Source: an uncultured bacterium (lineage in GTDB: Bacteria > CAIJMQ01). Taken from it: a DNA stretch of 64,000 bases. The stretch spans positions 695 to 64,694 of the forward strand of contig CAIJMQ010000121.1 in the NCBI GenBank assembly GCA_903821905.1, written 5' to 3'. Shown in pieces: positions 46,568 to 55,500 of this stretch. Position numbers and translations under genes: made by a program. Each line of letters opens with the position of its first letter. Position 1 is the first letter of the stretch. The notes beneath the pieces are model-generated. The model searched no databases and was not told the origin of the DNA. It saw only the letters and a program-made list of their open reading frames with translations.

Positions 46568-49500
46568 TTATTCCCCAATCTCCCTAAAATACTTATAAAG
46601 ATTATCAGGAGAAACCGTCGAATACGGCGGATGATTCGGGTCAACTACAGTAAATATTTTTCGTGCAGGTGTCTGGTCAAAATTATTATGATTATTTTGT
46701 TCTCTAGCTTGCACTTCAAATATATAAGTTCCTTCTTTTAACCCTAAATAACTTGCACTATTATCTAACGGAACCCAACCAGTCCAACCGGAGTCTTTTC
46801 CTATTAAGTAATGTCTATATTCATAAGGCGGCATTCCACCTACTCCTGTAAATCTAAAAGTAACATCTCCGGATGTCTGATCTGACGGGCCATAAGTAAT
46901 AATAGTATCAGGAACTTCGGGAGATACATACCAGACCCAGATGACATCAGCGGAAACTCTTCGAGGAACAAGACTCTGGACACATGAACTTCCATTCTGG
47001 TCTTTTGCCTTCACCAAGAATCTGTACCATGTTCCCACTGTTAAATTTTCAAAAGAAGTGGAAGTTGCATCAGTCGTCCCAGGTACCAAACTCCAATCAC
47101 CAATATCATTGGAAGGGTCATAATAAGAGGGATCATAATCAGTTGTCCACACAGTTCCAGTCCAATGTTCCAACTTACTTTTGTATCTGCATTCAGTCGT
47201 ATCAATCTTAGTCCATCTAAACGAAGCATATGTGTGCGGGAACGGGTTTGACGGATATTGAGTAAGTATGACTTGTGGTACATCCGCATTAATTTGTATC
47301 GAATAGCCGTAAGTATTACTTGCCACCTGGAATTCTACAGGATGACCTGTTACTATTTCCACAGACTCTGTATCGGCATGCGAATAGCCCATATTAGGTG
47401 TAATCCATACTGTTGTTGTATCATTTAAATCCTTTTTAACTTCCAAATTTCCTTCATCTTTTATTCTAAACTGTATTAGATTTGTATCGCCGTTATCAAA
47501 TTTTACATTTGCATATAACCACACAAAAGTATTTCTTGTTTCGTCTGTCTCTTTTATCACGTTTCCTACATGATAAGGAAGAATAGTTTCATCATATAAT
47601 CGGATTTCACTACAGTCCTGCCATTGGCTCCAAACACGCGGTTCAGGAGACGTAGCAAGGCTGTATCTATACTGTGCACTGCCTTTATTAATTGATATCC
47701 CCGAACAGTCTGTGTCTTTCTCGTCAAATTCGATGGTAGCAGGATTGTGTCCTTTGTGTGATGGGTCACCGACTTCAGCGAGATTCTCATTATTCCTATC
47801 TTTCACCTTTACTCTTACAGTTACGTCTTTGGTAGGTATCCATGGTGAATCGGTTTGGACAATTTCCGTATTCCCACCATCCCATTCTACACACACTTCA
47901 TCCCAATAATAGTTGTCGGTCTGTAGATAATTGGCAATAGAATCTCCGTTATTAATTTTTATAGGGCCTTTTGTTGTTGCAGGCACATTTACCTGTTTCC
48001 CCGATTCCTGTGTTCCTGTTCCGCATACTAAATATGCGCCGGGCGGGGTTCTATCAAGTGTGAATGTTATAGGGCTGTAGCTATTCAAAGCATCCGATAT
48101 AAGTTCCGGATAAGTATCTTCGACATCATTCTTATTTTTTACCGTTAGCTGAACATAGAAAGTGTGGTCGCCTGTACTAGTATCAGTAACATCATCAAAG
48201 ATTTGTGATAGGTCAGGACAGTCATCAAGATCAAATGGCGGTGAATAATGGTCAGCGCTATAAATACTTGTTGAATCGTTTTCTTTGGTAGTGCCTGATA
48301 CCTTATCCCAATCGGTATATATCCATTGCCCCGGCATAATATCAATTCCCGGTTGAATTACTTGTATGTCAGAATCCCAAACTGGTACAAAATGATTGCC
48401 ACCCTCTTTATTAATAGTATAAATCTGAATTTGATATGACTTTAACGGCAAACCACTGCCGTCCACATCGAGATATTTCCATCTAAACTGCGGTGTAGCA
48501 TCGTGGACAGGTGCCATAGCAGGGAAAGGTTCCCAACCGTCATCTTGGTCAACAGGAATCTTGTCTTTATCAACCACATACAATTCTCTTATTTGTAAAC
48601 CCCAAGGATGTAGGCCTTGACCTAAATCAGGGCCTCTGAAAGCTGAGACATCTTTAGGAGAAGAGACACCACCTACTCTTGCCAGTTCTTTATATACTCC
48701 GGCACCGCCAGACACCACTGCTTCCAAACCGGAAGCAAGTTCAATTATAGTAGTATCTGCACTGGGGTAACTCACACTTTTTAATTCATAAACCGGTTCT
48801 ATATCAGTAGTGAAACTTCCAAAACTTACCTTTAAAGGACGATAAAGGTCGGTATCACTTGTACCAGTAGTTGGGTTTGCTAAAGTAATTTCAGTATCAC
48901 TTATCGCATAACTACCCAATACTGTGTATCCCGTATATCTATGCCCTTCTGGAGCTAATCTGACTATCTGGCTATCGCCGCTGTCAACTACCCAGCATTC
49001 GCCGGTTGATGGGTCCACCGATACTGAGGTAGGTGAAGAAAATCCGTAGATTTTAGTGTGCAGATTGCCTGAACCGCTGATATCATATCCATTAGTTATT
49101 TCTTTATCCAATCTTACTATGTATGAATCTCCGCCATCTTCGCCCTGACAGGCAACCCAGCAATCACCTGAAACAGGGTCAACAGCCACGGAAACGGGAT
49201 TATTAAAGCCTTTTATTATTTTGTGAGAACCAACATCATTGGTTATATCATATCCGGCTGTAGTTATATCTGCCTCGCCAATATTACCCTTTATCCAGAC
49301 AACAGTATCATCAGTATCAGTATTAGGGTCGTCATCAGCCACCCAACAATCACCGGAATTGGAATTAACAGATACTGATATGGGATTTAAAAATCCGTCT
49401 ATACGCGCAAGTTCTCTGCCTACGGGAATAGTAAATGATGGAGTGACAAAACTAGGCTGATTGAGAAAAATGTTATAGGCAAAAATGCTATTTGTATCGC

Positions 49501-52500
49501 CGTCATCCTGCTGCCATACCGCTACCGCATTATTTCCACTCATCGCTACTTGAGGAGAAGAAGCTTCACCATTATCCTGCTCGATAAGCTGACTATCATG
49601 CCAAGTTGCTCCGCCATCACTTGAGTAATTGAAATAAATACTATTTGCAGTGCCGTCATACTGCTTCCATACTGCTACTGCAGTATCACTGTTTATTGCT
49701 ATTTGAGGAGAAAAAGCCCAATCATTATCCATCTCAAGAAGCTGACTATCATGCCAAGTTGCTCCGCCATCACTTGAGTAATTGGAATAAATACTATAGA
49801 CAGGACCATCATACTGCTGCCATACTGCTACTGCAGTATCACTGTTTATTGCTATTTGAGGAGAAGAAGCACCACCATTACCCTGCTCAAGAAGCTGACT
49901 ATCACCCCAAGTTGCTCCGCCATCACTTGAGTAATTGGAATAAACACTACTACTTTGCTGCCATACTGCTACTGCATTATTTCCACTCATTGCTATTTGA
50001 GGAGAATCAGCTTCTTCAGAACCCATCTCGAGAAGTTGACTATCACTCCAGCTCGCTCCGCTATTAATAGAATAACTGGAAACAATATTACCTCCACCTA
50101 TGCCTGTTCCCTTCGTTTTGACTATGCGGCTATTTCCAGTATCCGCCACATAGATATAGCCCGTGGAAGAATCGTAAGAAATACCCTCGGGACCACTAAA
50201 CTGCCCAGCACCGCTACCTGCCGAGCCATAAGTAGTCCAGCCGGTGCCATCTATTTTGGTCTTAATTATGCAACTATTATCGATATCCGTCACATAGATA
50301 TATCCTGTGGAAGAATCGTAAGAAATACCAGTGGGCCAACTAAATCCTCCTAATATAGTCCAGCCGCTTCCGTCTATTTTGGTTTTGACTATAGAGCTAT
50401 TTCCCTCATCCGACACATAGATATATCCCGTGGAAGAATCGTAAGAAATACCATAGGGATAAGCAAATCCTCCTAATGTAGTCCAGCCGGTACCATCTAT
50501 TTTGGTCTTGATTATGCGACTATTATCGGTATCCGCCACATAGATATATCCCGTGGAAGAATCGTAAGAAATACCTCCTTCGATATAAGAAGTAAATCCT
50601 CCTAATGTAGTCCAGCCGGTACCGTCCATCTTTGTCTTGACTATGCGGTCATTGCCAGAATCCAGAACATAGATATATCCTGTGGAAGAATCGTAAGAAA
50701 TACCCTCGGGACCACTAAACTGTCCAGCACCGCTACCATATGAACCATAAGCAGTCCAGCCGGTGCCATCCATTTTGGTTTTGACTATGCGATGATTGAC
50801 GGTATCTGCTACATAGATATAACCCGTGGAAGAATCGTAAGAAATACCATAGGGATAATAAAATCCTCCTAAAGTCATCCATCCCTCAGATCCCTGCCAT
50901 ACTGCTGCCGCATTATTTCCACTCATCGCTACTTGAGGAGACAAAGCCGCATCATTACCCTGCCCAAGAAGTTGACTACCACCCCAATACCAGCTTGTTC
51001 CGCCATTAATAGAATAGTTGTAATAAGTACTACTATTCTGCTGCCATACTACTACTACTTTGTTCCCATCCATTGCTATGTCAAGAGATGGTATAGGTCC
51101 CAATGTTGTTGCTGTTTCCTCCGCATTCCCAAAAGTAATAAGATTATCTATCATAGAGTTGTACTGGGCTTTTATCCAGGCAGAGGAACGTGCTACATCG
51201 GAAATGCGGACTTCGTCTATTGTGCCGCTAAAATTTCGTTTAAAAGCGTTTTGAGGGTCTGCCCCTATCCAAAGGCCCGAAGCCGAGATAGGATTAGGGT
51301 TTAATGTTTGAACTGCAGTGCCAATATTTGTTCCGTCCTGATATAGTTTTAAATTAGTCCCATTCCAAGTTCCTACAATGTTATGCCAAGTAGTTCCCAG
51401 AGATGGTGTAACATCAACCTTATTAGAGAGAGTAGTATCTGCTATTTCGAAAAGTATTCTGTTCTGATGAGCACTCAAACTGTAACCATTCGTGTCGGTA
51501 GTGATATCTTCGGTTCCTACAATATACATGTTGCTATTAGTAGTTCCGGTATCGCTAACCCAAGCTTCTAAGGTTCCTGCCGTATTAAGATTTAAACTCG
51601 CATTACTTCCCATATTTACTTTTACAGTAGATGGTAGCTGTAGAAAACCGAACTTCACGTTGTATGGAGTTGCCCCTCGAGTCATGTATTCCACCCCGAT
51701 CTTAGAACTATATGACTGGTAGAAACATGAAAGGGTATCGTTGCTCGGAAAACTGGATTCAAATAACGCCCTAAAATAACCGTCTTTGTTTATATCTGCA
51801 GTCCAAGTTAATTCAGTATCCGCACTGAATGCCCAGTTCCCGTCGGTATAAGTCGGTGAAGTGCTGTCGACATACCACTGATAATATTGTGCTGCCGTCC
51901 CGGTTGGTGCACCAAGCACCAGACAGTATTTTTGGCCCGCAAGAACGCTCAACGGTGTAGTTAGAATGTGAGTCCTCCATGCAGCGCCTCCGCCAGGCGT
52001 AAAACTCGAAATTGTCCCTGTGTATAAAGCAGAACCTGTCGGTTTATTCTGCGCATCGGCGGCGTATATTTTTACTGTGATTGGTACATTGTTTGTACCC
52101 GCACCACGCTGAAGATAGAATTCTACCCGAAACAGGTTGTCATTAATCGTCGATATAAAGGATTGTGATTTCCAAGTAGTCGCCCCGTAAAAGGTTTCAT
52201 ATAAATCGCCACCAGATTCGTAAGATTGCATAGGTTGCCCACTAACACTCCAGTTTGTATCTGTCGGGTTGGTATCCCAAGTTCCATTCACGCATTTTTT
52301 GTAATAGATATGGACTGCAGTCGGTGCCCCTGCCCAAAAGCAGTACAGATTGTTTGTAGCGGGGTCCATGCTCAATACAGGCACCATCGCAGTAGCTGCA
52401 CTTGCCTGCACCGCCGCCTCAGTTCCCCACAATCCAGTACTGCCAATACGCTTGTTGTACATTATTCCTGTTGCTAAAGTATTGTTCAAATAGACGAGAT

Positions 52501-55500
52501 ATATATCATCACCGTTTGCCACTGCGGAATGACCATAACCAAGTTCTGCGTCTGCCATCGTCGTTTCTTCCGAACCCCAAGTAGAGCCGTTCCAGAGTTT
52601 ACCTTTACCAGGCTGGCCATCTCTGGAATAGATTGCATAAACTTTTCCACCTGTCAGAGGCAGGATTGAAACTCTCCAAGTAGTATCATTAGTTGCTGAA
52701 AGTGCGTAAGGAAAACCGCTTGCGGTGCTCCAAGTGCCGTTGTTATTCGCATTTTTGAATACTAATGGAAGGTATGTGGTGCTTGCCGCTGAAACAGAAC
52801 GATACATCCCTATCCAAGCGTACCCATTGCTGTCAATTGCAATCATAGGAGCAAGATAATTGTAATTTCCTGGATTGGTTATTACAAGTTGTTCCGCGGC
52901 GTTCCAAGTTATTGAACCGTCACTAACAGGCGTTCCCCTGCGATAATAGATATAATTCGTGCCCGTAGGATAAGTAAATCGAACGTAGTGAACATAGGTG
53001 CCGTCGAAACAGGCTGAACCGCTGTAACCGTAAGCAGCACCTCCATTAACCGCCCCAACACTCGTAAAACTGCTCCAAGTCGCTCCGTCTGCGCTTGTCC
53101 TATAGCCAAAGTTTGTTCCATCAACATACCAAACCCAATGTAGACCTGCAGCATAGAAAGTTTTACGCTGGTTGGGATACTGTGTTGCACTTGATATAGT
53201 GCTTGTCCCTATCACAGTGCTTGCCTGCACTACTACAGGATCTTCAAGAAAATTTTGTGCTTTGGAAATTTCTCCAGCTGTTTCTATCGGCTTATTAGCT
53301 GATGTTTTAGTACCGTTATTTGCATATGTTGTAGAGTCTTTAATGGAAGATACATTTGGGTCATCTTTCATATGGGTAACTAACTTGAAATTAGAATCCC
53401 AGACATTGGCTGCATCCTGCGCATCTGTAGCATCAGGATTGCCGTAATACATATATATAATAGTAGAATCCGTTGAACTTACTTTGGGAATTTTTACCCA
53501 AATTGTTGAGGTATCGGTCTCGTCCCATTTCTCTATTTCATATTTCAACGGGGTGTCTTCAGAACTAACAAACCTTATGTCTTGACCGGAATCTTGAGTA
53601 TTGCTGTAATCTATACGGGTTGGATTAAGTTCTACACATAATGGGAAATCGGTTAAGTCTGTATCTATTTTGGTGTGGTCTATAAAAATAGGTTTTCTGT
53701 ATTGCCATTTGCCATGTGTCCCTTCAAGAATCTGACTATCATGCCAAGTTGCTCCGCCATCGGTTGAGTAGTTGGAATAGATGCTATTTGCAGCGCCGTC
53801 ACTTTGTTGCCAAACCGCTACTGCAGTACTGCCACTCATTGCTATTTGAGGAGAATCGGCTTCTTCAGAACCTAGCTCGAGAAGTTGACTATCACCCCAG
53901 CTTGTTCCGCCATCAATAGAATAGTTGGAATAGATGCTATTTGCAGCGCCGTCATTCTGCTGCCATACTGATACTGCATTAGTACCACTTATTGCTATTT
54001 GAGGAGAAGAAGCCTCTCCGTTACCCCGCTCAAGAAGCCAGGGGATAGGAAACCATTGGGATTGCGCACCTAAAGATTCTTTCAAAGGAGAAGCTATCAC
54101 AATCTGGGTATCTGATTCAATACCTCCTATCATGTAGACATCAGTAAGATTATTACCAAAACTTATATTTATACCGGTATCCAGTTCTGATGTATCGGTA
54201 AGGGTTATGGTAGCAGTTCCTATGGAATGATATTGGTTTATGGTAGCGTTGATAGTTTTATATCCATCTTTGGATAGTTTAACCACTGCCGGAGCGTAAC
54301 TTGGAGTTGTTTCATCATAATGCAGCGTTTCATCATAAACTGCTAAGGAATATACACCCTGCTTGGTGTCTAGCTGACCTAAATCTGTCCAATTATTAGG
54401 ACCGTTATAACGATATACATGCCCGGATGGAGATGTTCCAGCATGCAGTTTGCCATTATAAACTGCTAAGGACGTAACAGTATCATTGGAACCTAACTGT
54501 CCTAAATCTGACCATATCCCATGCTTTTCACTATCAAGACCATCATAACGATATACATGTCCGGACGGAGATGTCCCGCCATACAGTTTGCCATTATAAA
54601 CTATTAAGGAATCTACAGATGTATTGGCACCTAAGGGAGGAATTAAGGGGCCTAAATGACCTAAATCTGTCCACTTATAACCGCCACCGCCACTAGTAAT
54701 AGGACCATCGTAACGATATACATGTCCAGACGGATATGTTCCAGCATACAGTTTCTCACCATAAACCCCGTCATCATAAACTGCCAATGAAAACACATGA
54801 TTACCTAATCCGCCTACAGGTTCCCACGTAGTCCCACCATCATAACGATATACACCCCCGGATGGATATGTTCCAGCATATAGTTGGTCATTATAAACTG
54901 CTAAGGAAAGTACATCCTCATCGGAACCTAATCTACCCACATCTGTCCAGCTGTGCCCCCCATCGTAACGATATACTCTGGCCCCATTCGAACTATCTGT
55001 TCCGGCATATAGTTTGCCATCATAAACTACTAATGAATATACCGATGACCCTCCCAACCATGTATCTTTCCAAGTGCTACCATCGTAATAAAATACGCTC
55101 GCCTGATCAGCTGTTCCAACATACAGTTTGTTATTATAAACTGCTAAGCAATATGCACTACTACCGGGATTACCGAATGGAGTGAACTTACCTAAATCTG
55201 TCCAGGTACTACCCCCATCGTAACGATATACCTTGGCCCTATTCGAACCAGACGATGCATAAGATCCACCATACAGTTTGAGATTTGGTTCGGGAGTAGC
55301 TACCCATGCCTCTCCATTTGAAGAATTGACAGAGATAGACTTAGGAGAATTAAAAACTTTTACTTTCGAAACACCCGCATAACGAATATTTTCTTCATCG
55401 CCAAAAGTGACGAGATGGGCAGAAGGAGTATCGCACTCTGAATAATAAGATGCTTTAATCCAAGCAGAAGAACGGGCTATATTGGAAATGCGGACTTCAT

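Noticed and set aside
49645-50353. Regularly spaced repeats with plus-strand ORFs of 140 and 132 aa; briefly considered as a CRISPR-like or satellite array
   Set aside because: The repeat units are 123-150 nt and in frame, and they encode NHL and Asp-box blades of the 3569-aa minus-strand ORF. There is no short repeat/unique spacer structure and there are no cas genes. The plus-strand ORFs are periodic artefacts of the coding repeats.
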